Numbered from the stretch's first letter, positions 28,432 through 39,503 are shown. The stretch: DNA of 64,000 nucleotides from Opitutia bacterium (GCA_016217545.1 JACRHT010000003.1:233501-297500), one strand, 5' to 3'. Numbers and translations are program-made. Notes: generated by a model from the sequence alone, not told the origin.

Positions 28432-28464
28432 CGAAAAGTGTAACCTAATAGGTTACACTTTTCG
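28432..28464. repeat. 33-nt perfect palindrome CGAAAAGTGTAACCTA-A-TAGGTTACACTTTTCG in the kdpB-kdpC spacer
   Basis: An extended version of the 26182-26198 palindrome. As RNA it would form a ~16-bp hairpin flanked by a U-run on either strand. Confidence 0.85.
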
Positions 28465-28498
28465 CAGTCACTCGCTCAGCCCACCAGACTCATCCACC

Positions 28499-29053
28499 AT
28501 GAAAACCATCTTCGCCGCGTTCCGCTTGTTCGTCGTCCTCACGCTACTGACCGGCCTCGCCTACCCGCTCGCCGTCTGGGCCATCGGGCGCGCGTTTTTC
28601 CGCGACGCCGCCGAGGGCTCGCTCGTCCACCGCGACGGGCAACTTGTCGGCGCCGCGCTGCTCGCGCAAAAAACCACCGATCCGCGCTACTTCTGGCCGC
28701 GCCCTTCCGCGGGCGACTACGCCACGGTCGCCTCCGGTGCGAGCAACCAAGCCTGGACCAGCGCCGCGCTGGCGAAGTCCATCGCCGATCGCCGCGCCGC
28801 CTACGCGCCGCAAGCGGACGTTCCCGCCGAACTGCTCACCGCCAGCGGCAGCGGCCTCGATCCTGACCTCTCAGCCGACGCAGCGCGCTTCCAGATCGAC
28901 CGCATCGCCACCGCTCGCCACCTCACGCCGGCCCAACGAAATACACTCGTCGAACTCGTTGCGCAGCACACCGAAGGCGGGCAGCTTAGTCCGGCCCGCA
29001 TCAACGTCCTCCGCCTCAATCTCGCGCTCAACCGCACCTTCGCCGCTCTGTGA
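28499..29053 (+). CDS. kdpC: Potassium-transporting ATPase subunit KdpC
   Basis: 184 aa with an N-terminal TM. KdpC motifs include SGASNQ, LLTASGSGLDPDLS and RINVLRLNLAL. Confidence 0.9.
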   Translation: MKTIFAAFRLFVVLTLLTGLAYPLAVWAIGRAFFRDAAEGSLVHRDGQLVGAALLAQKTTDPRYFWPRPSAGDYATVASGASNQAWTSAALAKSIADRRAAYAPQADVPAELLTASGSGLDPDLSADAARFQIDRIATARHLTPAQRNTLVELVAQHTEGGQLSPARINVLRLNLALNRTFAAL

Positions 29054-31710
29054 ACGACACCGTCCGCCCTGATCCCGACAACTTGCTCGCCTCCCTGCAG
29101 GCGCGCGAGGCCCGGGCGCGGCGCGGACACTTGAAAATCTTCCTCGGGATGTGCCCCGGCGTGGGCAAAACCTACGCCATGCTCCGCGCCGCTCAGCGGG
29201 AGCGCGCCGCCGGCACCGACGTGGTCGGCGGCCTCGTCGAGACCCACGGACGCACCGAGACCGAGGCGCTGCTGGCGGGATTGACCATGCTCCCGCGCCG
29301 CGTGATCGAGCATCGCGGCGCGCAACTCGGTGAACTCGACCTCGAGGCCGCGCACGCCCGCTCGCCGCGCTTGCTGCTCGTCGATGAGCTCGCGCATACC
29401 AACGCCCCCGGCTCGCGCCACGCCAAGCGCTGGCAGGATGTCGTCGAGCTGCTCGAAGCCGGCATCGACGTCCTCACCACGCTCAACATCCAGCACGTCG
29501 AGTCACGCGCGGACGCCGTGCGCGAGATCACCGGTGCCGTGCAGCGCGAGACCGTGCCCGATTCCATGCTCGATCTCGCCGACGAGCTCGAACTCGTCGA
29601 CCTCACGCCCGAGGGCCTGCTCGAGCGCTTGCAGGAAGGCAAAGTCTACCTCGGCGAACGTGCCGCGGCCGCCGCGCAGAATTTTTTCCAGGAATCCCAC
29701 CTCGCTGCGCTCCGCGAACTCGCGCTCCGCTACACCGCCGAGCGCGTCGACCGCCAGCTCCGCGAACTGCGCTCCGGCACCGCCAAGCAGACCGTGTGGC
29801 GCAGCGGCGAGCGTCTGCTCGTCGCGGTGGGCGCGAGTCCCTTTTCCACCCAACTCGTGCGCTGGACGCGCCGCCTCGCCGCCGCGCAGGGGGCCGCGTG
29901 GGTCGCCGTGCACGTCGAGGCCTTGTCGCCGCTCCCGTCCGACGACCAGCGCCGACTCGACCAAAATCTCGCCCTCGCCCGCGAACTCGGCGCCGAGGTC
30001 GTGGTGACGCAGGATGAGGACATCGCCACCGCACTCGTCCGCACCGCGATCCAGCACAACGCCACGCAAATCGTCGTCGGCAAACCGCGCACGCGCCGCT
30101 GGCTCGACCTCTGGCGCGGCACGCTCGTCGACCGCCTGCTCCGCCTCGGCGGCAAGATCGACGTCTACGTCGTGCCGGTCGAGGACCGCGCGCCGCTGGT
30201 CGATTTCGCGCGTTTCGACCACGAGCTGCGCAGCGGCGCGGGCGAATACGCGTTCGCGGGCGCCACGATCGCAGCCATCACGGTCGGCGGCTTGCTGTTG
30301 CCGCCGAACTACTATCTCGCGTGCGGCCTCGTTTACCTGCTGGCGACGATTTTGCTGAGCTTGCGCGTCGGACGCGGGCCCGTGCTCGTCGCCGGCGTGC
30401 TGAGCGCGCTGGCGTGGAATTTTCTCTTCATCCCGCCGCGCTTCACGTTCCGCATCGAGAAGGTCGAGGACGGCCTGCTCTTCGGCACGTATTTCGTCGT
30501 CGCACTCGTCGCCGGGCAACTCACCGCGCGCATCCGCGCGCAGGCCGTGGCCGAGCGCCGCCGCGAAGGCCGCGCGGTGGCGCTTTTCCAACTGACCCGC
30601 GCGCTCGCCGCCGCCCGCACGCTCGACGAAGCCGTCTTCGCCGCGCTGCGCCAGGCCGACCAGCTCTTCGGCGCCAAGACCGCGCTGCTCCTCGGTCGCA
30701 GCCCTGACGCGCTCGTGCCGCACTTCGCCGGTTCGCTCGCGCTCGACGACAAGGAGCGCGGTGTCGCCGATTGGGTGCTGCTGCATCGGCGGTCCGCGGG
30801 GCGCTTCACCGACACGCTGCCCGCCGCGGCGGCGTTTTACCTTCCGCTCGTGCGCGAGGACCGGGCCATCGGTGTGCTCGGCGTCGCCGTGCCGCGTGAC
30901 CGCGACCTCACGCTCGCGCAGCGCGACTTGATCGAGGCCTTCGCCCGCCAACTCGCGCTCAGCGTCGAACAGGAGCAGCTGCGCGAGGCCGGCGAACGCG
31001 AGAAGCTGCTGGCCGAATCGGAAAAGCTCCACCGCGTGCTCCTCGACAGCGTGTCGCACGAGCTGCGCACGCCGCTGGCGGTGATCACCGGCTCGCTCGA
31101 AAACCTCGCCGACGCCCCGGCCGATTTGCATGGCTCACTCGTCGACGAAGCACGCGCCGCCGCACGGCGGTTGAACCGACTCGTCGGCAACCTGCTCGAC
31201 CAAACCCGCCTCGAAAGCGGCGCGCTGCGCCCGCGGCTCGATTGGTGCGACGCGCGCGACTTGATCAACGCCGCGCTCGAAGCCGTGCGCGACGAATTGG
31301 CGGGACATCCGCTCGAGATCGTCGTGCCGGCCGACTTGCCGCCGGTGCGCGCGGATTTCGCGCTGACGGAGCAAGCGCTGGCCAATCTGCTGCTCAACGC
31401 CGCACGTCACACGCCGGACGGCACGCTGGTCTTCGTCACGGCCGGCACGGAGCGCGGCGGGCAGCGGGTGTTTTTCACCGTGGCGGATCGCGGCCCGGGC
31501 TTCCCGCTGGAGATGCGTGAGCGACTGTTCAAGAAGTTCGAGCGCGGCGACGCGGCCAAGGCCGGCGGACTCGGCCTCGGCCTGTCGCTCGTGCGTGGCT
31601 TCGTCGCGGCGCAAGGCGGAGAAGTCGTGGTCGGCGCCAACCCGGGCGGCGGTGCGGTGTTCACGATTTACCTGCCGCACCACGAGCCCCAGCCTCCTCC
31701 GGCCGAATGA
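29050..31710 (+). CDS. kdpD: Sensor histidine kinase KdpD
   Basis: 886 aa. N-terminal KdpD domain (GHLKIFLGMCPGVGKTYAML), a Usp-like region, 4 TMs, a GAF-like region, HisKA (SVSHELRTPLAVI) and HATPase. The GTG start overlaps the kdpC stop (GTGA). Confidence 0.92.
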   Translation: MNDTVRPDPDNLLASLQAREARARRGHLKIFLGMCPGVGKTYAMLRAAQRERAAGTDVVGGLVETHGRTETEALLAGLTMLPRRVIEHRGAQLGELDLEAAHARSPRLLLVDELAHTNAPGSRHAKRWQDVVELLEAGIDVLTTLNIQHVESRADAVREITGAVQRETVPDSMLDLADELELVDLTPEGLLERLQEGKVYLGERAAAAAQNFFQESHLAALRELALRYTAERVDRQLRELRSGTAKQTVWRSGERLLVAVGASPFSTQLVRWTRRLAAAQGAAWVAVHVEALSPLPSDDQRRLDQNLALARELGAEVVVTQDEDIATALVRTAIQHNATQIVVGKPRTRRWLDLWRGTLVDRLLRLGGKIDVYVVPVEDRAPLVDFARFDHELRSGAGEYAFAGATIAAITVGGLLLPPNYYLACGLVYLLATILLSLRVGRGPVLVAGVLSALAWNFLFIPPRFTFRIEKVEDGLLFGTYFVVALVAGQLTARIRAQAVAERRREGRAVALFQLTRALAAARTLDEAVFAALRQADQLFGAKTALLLGRSPDALVPHFAGSLALDDKERGVADWVLLHRRSAGRFTDTLPAAAAFYLPLVREDRAIGVLGVAVPRDRDLTLAQRDLIEAFARQLALSVEQEQLREAGEREKLLAESEKLHRVLLDSVSHELRTPLAVITGSLENLADAPADLHGSLVDEARAAARRLNRLVGNLLDQTRLESGALRPRLDWCDARDLINAALEAVRDELAGHPLEIVVPADLPPVRADFALTEQALANLLLNAARHTPDGTLVFVTAGTERGGQRVFFTVADRGPGFPLEMRERLFKKFERGDAAKAGGLGLGLSLVRGFVAAQGGEVVVGANPGGGAVFTIYLPHHEPQPPPAE

Positions 31711-32399
31711 GCGCCCCCGCACCCAACGCCTCCCTGCTCGTCATCGACGACGAGAAGCAGATCCGCCGGCTCCTGCGCGTGACGCTGGAGTCGGGCGGTT
31801 ATCGCGTCCGCGAGGCCGAGAACGCCACGCTCGGCTTGCAGGAAGTCGCGCATCAGGCGCCGGACGGCATCGTGCTCGACCTCGGCCTGCCGGACCTCGA
31901 CGGCGTCGAGGTTATCCGCCGCCTGCGCGAGTGGTCGCGCGTGCCGGTGCTGGTGCTGTCCGTGCGCGAAGGCGAGGAGGACAAGATCGCCGCGCTCGAC
32001 GCCGGTGCGGACGACTACCTCACCAAACCCTTTGGCGGCCGCGAGCTGCTCGCCCGCGTGCGAGCGATCCTGCGACGGGCGCCGGGCAGCGCAGAAGCGT
32101 CAGTGGCAAAATTTGGCGAGATCGAGGTCGACCTCGCTGCGCGCGTCGTGCGCCGGGCCGGCACGGAGGTTCACCTGACGGCCAAGGAATACGCGTTCCT
32201 CAAGCTGTTGGTGCAGCACCGCGGCAAAGTCGTGACCCAGCGCCAGATTCTCCGCGAAGTCTGGGGACCGGCCGCCGAGGAGCGCACCGACTACCTCCGC
32301 GTGCACATGACGCACTTGCGCCAGAAACTCGAAGCCTCGCCCGCCACCCCGCGCCACCTCCGCACCGAGGCCGGCATCGGGTATCGGTTGGTGGAGTGA
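31707..32399 (+). CDS. kdpE: OmpR-family response regulator KdpE
   Basis: 230 aa with a receiver domain plus winged-helix domain (LTAKEYAFLKLLVQHRGKVVTQRQILREVWG). ATGA overlap with kdpD. Confidence 0.9.
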   Translation: MSAPAPNASLLVIDDEKQIRRLLRVTLESGGYRVREAENATLGLQEVAHQAPDGIVLDLGLPDLDGVEVIRRLREWSRVPVLVLSVREGEEDKIAALDAGADDYLTKPFGGRELLARVRAILRRAPGSAEASVAKFGEIEVDLAARVVRRAGTEVHLTAKEYAFLKLLVQHRGKVVTQRQILREVWGPAAEERTDYLRVHMTHLRQKLEASPATPRHLRTEAGIGYRLVE

Positions 32400-32402
32400 C
32401 CC

Positions 32403-34940
32403 CTACTGGAGAACGCGCCGAGCCTGTTGCGCATCGGGCGCGAGCGGGAGAATCCATTCCGGCTGCGCTACCGTTTCGTCGGCATCGAGACGTTTCCGCC
32501 AAGCGGCGTCATCGTATCGATTGGTCGAGCGGATCTCGTGGAACGGCAGCACGGCGCCGCGCGCGAGCACGAGCGTGCCTTTCCACGGATACAGAACGTA
32601 GAGCGCCCGCGGTCGACCGATGGCTGTGTGCAAGATTTCGCCTCGCTGCGGGTCGTGCCACACAGAGGCAATGCGCGGTGCATCATCCTCGGGGTCGTGA
32701 GCGGCCGAGCCGAAATAGCCCATGATGGTGCCGAGTGATTCCTGATAATTCTGGAGAAAATGCGCTTCGTCAGCGCGCCACTCGGCCTGTCGCAGCTGCT
32801 TCTCCACCATCGTCGCCAAACGCGCCGCTGTGGCGCGGAGTTCCTGCCACCGCTCGAAGAGTTGCCGGTCGGGATCGCGACGGTAGCTGCGACTGTCAAG
32901 CGGCACGACACGCTCACCCCGTTTCAAGCGGTCGACACGCGTGCGGATCGCCTTCAACAGCTCACGATAGTTCTGCTTCTGTGCTTCGCCTTTCAGGTTT
33001 TGGAAACCCCACACTTGAACCGGTGCACCGCCGCGCTCGGCAGCGGATTCCAACTCGACAACAAGATCCGTCTGCTCGCCGGGGATATCTTCGGTGATCT
33101 CCACTTTGCCCGCACCGATGCGTTCGAGGTATCTAATGCTCTCATTCAGAAACTCCATTTCTGCCTCGGCGCCTTCGCTAAAAACTCCCGCCGTCTGAAA
33201 ACGCTCGATCGTCCGGTCCGCAAGCATAGTGAGCCGCTGGAAGAACAGCGGATTCGGCTCAACGAACCCTGCCGGACGCGTTTCCATTCCCGCGGTGAAA
33301 ATAGCCAGTTTCGCCTGCAACTCCCATGCATGTCGCAACTGCGCCCAGCCGGAGAGCGCAGTTTGCAGTGACTTTCGTTGCCATAGTTCGGAGCGCATGA
33401 ACTCCGGCGCTGCCGGGTCGACTGGCGCGAACAAGGATTCGAGCACCCAGTAATAACTCTCCGGGAGTCTCCCTGTGGGATAAAAATCGTCCCGATTGCG
33501 CCGGTGCGCATCGATCGCCTCTCGCCACGCCGCTGGAGACGAAGAGCGCGCACTAATCTGTTCAGCCAACGCCGAGCGGAGCCACGCGCCCACTTCGACC
33601 GAACCCGGCAAAGGACCGGCCGCGCCCGATTTTTCCGCCAAACGAACAAGCAGAACCGCGTCCGGCAGCGCAGTCCCGGCAAGGAGCGTGGTGCTGGCGA
33701 TGCCGGCGTCTGTCGTCCGCAACGTGTCTCGCACCGTCGATTGCCGATATTTTTCCGAGCGCTGCAAGCCTTCGGTCGAGATACGCAGAGCCTCCATGAT
33801 CGATTTCGTGGACACCGCCTCGAGAAACCGCGGCGACCCGAAGTCTGCTCCCGCAAAGGAGGGGCCGTCCTCGCCTCCCCAGATTTCCTCACCCGATTCC
33901 ACGAAAGCCCGCAACCAATCCACATCGCGGTTCAAATCGAGAAACAGCGCAGCCGCCCCCACTTCGATCGGCCGCGACGAACGGAAGGGGACCATTTGCA
34001 GCCAGCGCACCGCGCGGTAGTAATCGCTCAGCGTCTCGGTGTCGGCGTAGAAGCCCGTCGGACGGCAACGCCGAAAGTCGATTGCGAGAAATTGCGGCGT
34101 TTGCGGCGCGAGCCAACTCGGCAGCAGAACCACGTCCGCCGCTCGAATTTTCGCGACGGTCGCGGCGACCTCGCTCTCCAATGCCGCATCGCCGAGAACA
34201 ACCTCGCTCCCCAGCAGGCGCATCGCCGGACCGATGGCCAGCACGAGGTGCCGCGAGTAGGGCTCCACTTCTTGGCGTGGTATGTTCGTCGCGGCAAGGC
34301 GGCGCGGCAGCTGCGTCCAAGTATCTTCCAGCAGCGCGCGCAACCGAAGCGCGCGACGGCTCTCGAAACGTTTCAAGGTCGCCTCCAACAACACATGAAA
34401 TCCGTTGAGCAAGGAGTCGCTCGTCACGAACGGCACCACTCCGCTTTCGCCGTAAACGGAGAAGGACTGCTTGTAGGAAGGCCCGGCAATCACCAAGCCG
34501 TCGCGCTGCAGTTGGACAACGGCCGCCGCGCTGAGCCCTTGTCCGACTGCATCAGTGCGCCACTCGTAATGTGTCGGAATGCCCACGGTGGACTTGGGTT
34601 CAGTCGTGTGCTCAACGCCGCTCTTTTCCTCCTCTGCGCGTTGCTGAATCCGTTGTTGTTGCCGAGCGACGGCGGCTTGAATGGCCGCTTCGCGCGCCGG
34701 AGCCTCCTCCTGTTTTTCCCATTCTGCATACGCCTGCCGGTAGACCGCGGCAGCGGCGGTGGCTTCCTCCTCGGACATCTTCGAGAAATCCGGGCGCAAC
34801 GGCGGTGGTTTCGAAAAATAGTCCGTCGCGACCTCGCCCGATGCAACGGAGTTCAACAGCAACGCGATAAGGCAGATGCACCGGATCACGGCGAGACCTT
34901 GTCGCGGCCGCAACCACGGCTCAACGCCTATCTCGTCCAC
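32403..34940 (-). CDS. Large secreted hypothetical protein, DUF3160-like
   Basis: 845 aa from GTG 34940, or from GTG 34886, which gives a signal peptide IRCICLIALLLNSVASG. The segment PFVTSDSLLNGFHVLLEATLKRFE resembles the conserved DUF3160 N-terminal motif as I recall it. By eye the gene is less GC-rich than its neighbours. Confidence 0.5.
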   Translation of the reverse strand: MDEIGVEPWLRPRQGLAVIRCICLIALLLNSVASGEVATDYFSKPPPLRPDFSKMSEEEATAAAAVYRQAYAEWEKQEEAPAREAAIQAAVARQQQRIQQRAEEEKSGVEHTTEPKSTVGIPTHYEWRTDAVGQGLSAAAVVQLQRDGLVIAGPSYKQSFSVYGESGVVPFVTSDSLLNGFHVLLEATLKRFESRRALRLRALLEDTWTQLPRRLAATNIPRQEVEPYSRHLVLAIGPAMRLLGSEVVLGDAALESEVAATVAKIRAADVVLLPSWLAPQTPQFLAIDFRRCRPTGFYADTETLSDYYRAVRWLQMVPFRSSRPIEVGAAALFLDLNRDVDWLRAFVESGEEIWGGEDGPSFAGADFGSPRFLEAVSTKSIMEALRISTEGLQRSEKYRQSTVRDTLRTTDAGIASTTLLAGTALPDAVLLVRLAEKSGAAGPLPGSVEVGAWLRSALAEQISARSSSPAAWREAIDAHRRNRDDFYPTGRLPESYYWVLESLFAPVDPAAPEFMRSELWQRKSLQTALSGWAQLRHAWELQAKLAIFTAGMETRPAGFVEPNPLFFQRLTMLADRTIERFQTAGVFSEGAEAEMEFLNESIRYLERIGAGKVEITEDIPGEQTDLVVELESAAERGGAPVQVWGFQNLKGEAQKQNYRELLKAIRTRVDRLKRGERVVPLDSRSYRRDPDRQLFERWQELRATAARLATMVEKQLRQAEWRADEAHFLQNYQESLGTIMGYFGSAAHDPEDDAPRIASVWHDPQRGEILHTAIGRPRALYVLYPWKGTLVLARGAVLPFHEIRSTNRYDDAAWRKRLDADETVAQPEWILPLAPDAQQARRVLQ

Positions 34941-35028
34941 GCTTCGGCGTCCCAGTCTGCGTCACAGTCGGGCGATTTTTGGAAAACCTCTAGACAGCCC
35001 CGCGCGAACCGCCTTTCGTGCGTCTTTA

Positions 35029-36201
<1,173 letters not shown>

Positions 36202-36392
36202 ACCGACGAGGTGCCGAGCGAGGGAGTGCAGGCCGCGAGTAGCGACGCAGCGCGACGCCCGGACGGGCGGACTTTTCCGACGCCAGTTGATTGGCCAGTC
36301 GGTCCGGGCCGGGCGCACACCGGACGACTTTCCTCCGTCGAGGTAGCGGAGCATCCACCTCGCCTTGGCGCAGGTGAATGCTCACGAGAACG

Positions 36393-37346
36393 TTATCCGG
36401 TCACTTCGCCGGTGCGGGATTCGCAACGCACGGCACACTGCGCGCCATGTCTGCCGCCATGACTGGCCGCCACCGCCCCCAGCGCAAACCCGGCAAACGC
36501 ACACAGCGAGAGAATGGCTAGGACGTCAGCGGCCTTGTCAGCTGCTTCGCGGGCTTTGGTTTCCATCGCCGTTTTCGCGGCAGCTAGCTCCGCCGACAAA
36601 CGCTCATAGGTCGTCGTCCATTCCGTCAGCAATTTTTCGGCGTCGGCTTCACGCAGCCCCACGGTTGTCACGAGGGTGTTGACCAGTGCGGCGCGGTTGG
36701 CCGTGACTCTCCCCTGATTCGCGGGATTGAAAAGCGTCGCCAGGGCGAGTCCGACTTCGCGCTTGGCGCGGATGTTGCCGTTCGCGTTCGCCTCAGACGG
36801 GCGAAGACCCACCGCCTCATCCGTGAAACTCGCCAGCGTGTCGCTCGTCTGTTTGAGAGCGTCCTTGCCCGTCCCAGCCGCTTCGCCGGCCAGAGCGGCC
36901 GCCGGTTTGGCCGCCAGCGCCAGTCCGCCGCCCACGACTTTCGACAAGTCGCCGAGCGCCCAGCCCGCACCGAGGGAAACGAAGATCACCGCCACAACCG
37001 TGGCCGTGCACCAGACGCCGAAGCCATGCAGCCAACCCGTCAGCCGCGCCCCGATCGGCGTGAGCCGTCCCGCAACCCAGCCGCCGAGCCACAGGGAAAA
37101 GACCGCGCTGATCCCTTGGATGACCAGGGCGCCGCGACCGAGATCGGCCACGGGGTTGGCATCGGTGATCGGCGTGTAGAGGGCAAATCCCAGGCCCGCG
37201 CCGAGGAACATGAACACGACCTGCAGGGCCAGCGCCGCGCTCGTGCCGGCGAGGATCGCGCCCCAGTCGACGGTTCGTTTGCGGCAAGCGCAGCCGGGTT
37301 GGGTGGGCAAAAGGGAAACTTCAGAGGGAGCGGAGTGAACATTCAT
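36393..37346 (-). CDS. Hypothetical membrane protein
   Basis: ATG 37346 preferred (GTG 37370 possible). About 4 N-terminal TMs (Gly/Ala-rich), a central soluble helical region and a C-terminal TM. No family recognised. Confidence 0.55.
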   Translation of the reverse strand: MNVHSAPSEVSLLPTQPGCACRKRTVDWGAILAGTSAALALQVVFMFLGAGLGFALYTPITDANPVADLGRGALVIQGISAVFSLWLGGWVAGRLTPIGARLTGWLHGFGVWCTATVVAVIFVSLGAGWALGDLSKVVGGGLALAAKPAAALAGEAAGTGKDALKQTSDTLASFTDEAVGLRPSEANANGNIRAKREVGLALATLFNPANQGRVTANRAALVNTLVTTVGLREADAEKLLTEWTTTYERLSAELAAAKTAMETKAREAADKAADVLAILSLCAFAGFALGAVAASHGGRHGAQCAVRCESRTGEVTG

Positions 37347-37410
37347 GATGAAAAGGAAACGGAAGGGCACGGCACGTCCCTATCGGAACGATGCCGCCAG
37401 GGAACAGGGG

Positions 37411-37436
37411 GCGAAAACGCCGGCGCCACGGCGCCC
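37411..37436 (-). terminator. Possible intrinsic terminator
   Basis: The minus strand reads GGCGCCGUGGCGCC followed by GGCGUUUUCGCC, downstream of the small ORF at 37455-37583. Confidence 0.35.
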
Positions 37437-37454
37437 GCGCGGAAAAACTGCGGC

Positions 37455-37583
37455 CTACCGGCCCAGCAGTTTGGCGACGATGTAGATCAACAGCGCACCG
37501 CCGAGGCCGCCGCCGAACAAAAGGAAGATCATGGAGTAGCCCACGGCGGCGACGGGAAGGACAAAGGGAATGAAGGCGATCAT
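37455..37583 (-). CDS. Small hydrophobic peptide (42 aa), candidate
   Basis: Below the ORF-track size cut-off. ATG 37583 ... TAG 37455 encodes MIAFIPFVLPVAAVGYSMIFLLFGGGLGGALLIYIVAKLLGR (two predicted TM helices). It starts 15 nt after the DUF892 stop. Confidence 0.45.
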   Translation of the reverse strand: MIAFIPFVLPVAAVGYSMIFLLFGGGLGGALLIYIVAKLLGR

Positions 37584-37597
37584 GACGGGAGGCGCGG

Positions 37598-38128
37598 TTA
37601 ATTCTTGGGAAGTTTCGTCGCGGGCACTTCACCGCCGGAGGCGAGGGCCTCGGCATTCACGGCGAGAGAGATCTCGCTGAGCTTTTTGTTCGTCTCGCCC
37701 TCCTCGTCCAAGGTCTCCTGTAGCAGGCCGGCCACGCGGTCCTCGCCCAACGCCTCCGCAAATGCGTGGGCCGTGCCGTAGCCGGCGATTTCGTAATGCT
37801 CCACGCGCTGGGCCGCCCCGATGAGCGCAGCGTCGCGCACCGCTGCGGGCCCCGTGATCTCGATCGCCTCGCCGCCCTCCTTGATCAGGCCAAGCATGGC
37901 GTGGCACGTCTTCCCTTTCGCTGCGCGCCCCAGGAGCTTCAGTGCCTGCGTCAGCCGCTCCACGTGCCGGCGGGTCTCACCGAGGTGGCTCGTGAAGCCG
38001 GCCTTGAGCGCGGGATTCGTCGCGGCTCTCGCCATTTTGGGCAGCGCCTTGATGAGGTGTTTTTCGGCAAACAGCAGATCCTGCAACTCGTCGATGAGGA
38101 GGGCGTGGAAGGTGAGAACGGAGGACAT
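37598..38128 (-). CDS. Ferritin-like DUF892 (YciE/YciF family) stress protein
   Basis: 176 aa. LLIDELQDLLFAEKHLIKALPKMA...LKAGFTSHLGETRRHVERL...AAQRVEHYEIAGYGTA is the characteristic DUF892 pattern. Confidence 0.85.
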   Translation of the reverse strand: MSSVLTFHALLIDELQDLLFAEKHLIKALPKMARAATNPALKAGFTSHLGETRRHVERLTQALKLLGRAAKGKTCHAMLGLIKEGGEAIEITGPAAVRDAALIGAAQRVEHYEIAGYGTAHAFAEALGEDRVAGLLQETLDEEGETNKKLSEISLAVNAEALASGGEVPATKLPKN

Positions 38129-38376
38129 GGAGGATGATCAGGTTGGTGGCGGGCGGAGGTGTTTCTCAGCGCGTGCCGTGCACACCAGCTTGCCATCCCG
38201 CGCATGGCTCCACGATGGAGTGTTCACCTACTCTCGTGGCGGGCGCTTCGGAAGTCTCGCAGCGGCGGACGACAGTCCGCACAACACCCAACTCACCTAC
38301 GCAGCCCCAAAGTTCAGGTCTCGGCGCCGGCAGTCGCCGGCCTCGAAGATGCGGCTGCCCCTCGGTTCGCCCGGGA

Positions 38377-39129
38377 TCAATTCGTCGCGAGCAACGCCTC
38401 GAACTTCGCCGCGTCTTCGGCGGTGTCGACGCCGATGGTCGGGTCTTCGGTGACGTCGATCGCGATCGGGTAGCCGTTTTCGAGGACGCGGAGCTGCTCG
38501 AGTTTTTCGATCTGCTCCAGCTTGCCCGGCGCCATGCGCACGAATTGCTCCAAAAAGTCGCCGCGATACGCGTAGAGGCCGAGGTGCTTGTAGCAGCCGT
38601 TGGCGGCCAGCCAGGCGTCGTCGACCTTGCCGGCGAGGTCTCGGGCGTAGGGCATCGGGGAACGGGAGAAATACAGCGCACGGTTCGCGGCGAGGGCGCG
38701 GACGACCTTAACTTGGTTCGGATTGTAGAAATCCTCGGCTTTGCGGAACGGCGTGCAGAGCGTCGCCATCGGGGCGTCGCCTTGGATGAGCTTCTGGAGC
38801 GCGCGGATCTGGCCACCGGAGACGAGCGGCTCGTCGGCCTGGACGTTGATGACGTAGCTGGCGCGCACGGTGCGGTTGGCCTCGGCGAGGCGATCGGTGC
38901 CGCTCGGATGGCGCGCGTCGGTCAAAATCGCCCGAAACCCGGCACCCTCTATGCAGTCGGCGAGCATCGGATGATCCACGGCAAACCACAGCGGAAGGTC
39001 GGGCGCCTCGGCCGTGATGCGCTCGGCCACCCAGAGCACAAGCGGCTTCCCTTTAATGACATGCAGCAGCTTGCGCGGAAAGCGGGTGGACTCCAGACGA
39101 CAGGGCACGATGAGCGCGAACGCGGGCAT
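38377..39129 (-). CDS. kdsB: 3-deoxy-manno-octulosonate cytidylyltransferase
   Basis: 250 aa. [18 protein letters not shown]...GTDRLAEA...[10 protein letters not shown]...[10 protein letters not shown]. Confidence 0.9.
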   Translation of the reverse strand: MPAFALIVPCRLESTRFPRKLLHVIKGKPLVLWVAERITAEAPDLPLWFAVDHPMLADCIEGAGFRAILTDARHPSGTDRLAEANRTVRASYVINVQADEPLVSGGQIRALQKLIQGDAPMATLCTPFRKAEDFYNPNQVKVVRALAANRALYFSRSPMPYARDLAGKVDDAWLAANGCYKHLGLYAYRGDFLEQFVRMAPGKLEQIEKLEQLRVLENGYPIAIDVTEDPTIGVDTAEDAAKFEALLATN

Positions 39130-39206
39130 ATTCGGGAATCTGGTTGCAAGCCGGGGGCGGAGCGGCTTTTTCGGAACCCTTTATTTTGAGCCGATAACTA
39201 CCTGCA

Positions 39207-39503
39207 ATGGAAAAGAGTGATACCAATACCGCCGCCACCCACGTGAGGGAGCTCCTTGTCGAAAACAAGATGGGCATTCACGCGCGCCCGGCCGCGATGA
39301 TCGTGCGTGTCACCAACAAGTTCAAATCGGACGTCTTCGTCGAAAAGGACGACGAGCAGGTGAACGGCAAGAGCATCATGGGCCTCATGATGCTGGCCGC
39401 CGCCAAAGGCTCGAAGATCAAGTTCGTGGCCACCGGCGAGGACGCCGAGAGCATGCTCAACGAGCTCGAAGCGCTCTTCGCGAAGAAGTTCGACGAGGCC
39501 TGA
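39207..39503 (+). CDS. ptsH: HPr family phosphocarrier protein
   Basis: 98 aa with active-site region GIHARPAA and regulatory-Ser region NGKSIMGLMMLAA. Confidence 0.9.
   Translation: MEKSDTNTAATHVRELLVENKMGIHARPAAMIVRVTNKFKSDVFVEKDDEQVNGKSIMGLMMLAAAKGSKIKFVATGEDAESMLNELEALFAKKFDEA

Noticed and set aside
34876-35028. Upstream extension of the carA ORF (track start 34876)
   Set aside because: The extension is Arg/Ser/Pro-rich. The conserved CarA N-terminus starts at ATG 35029.
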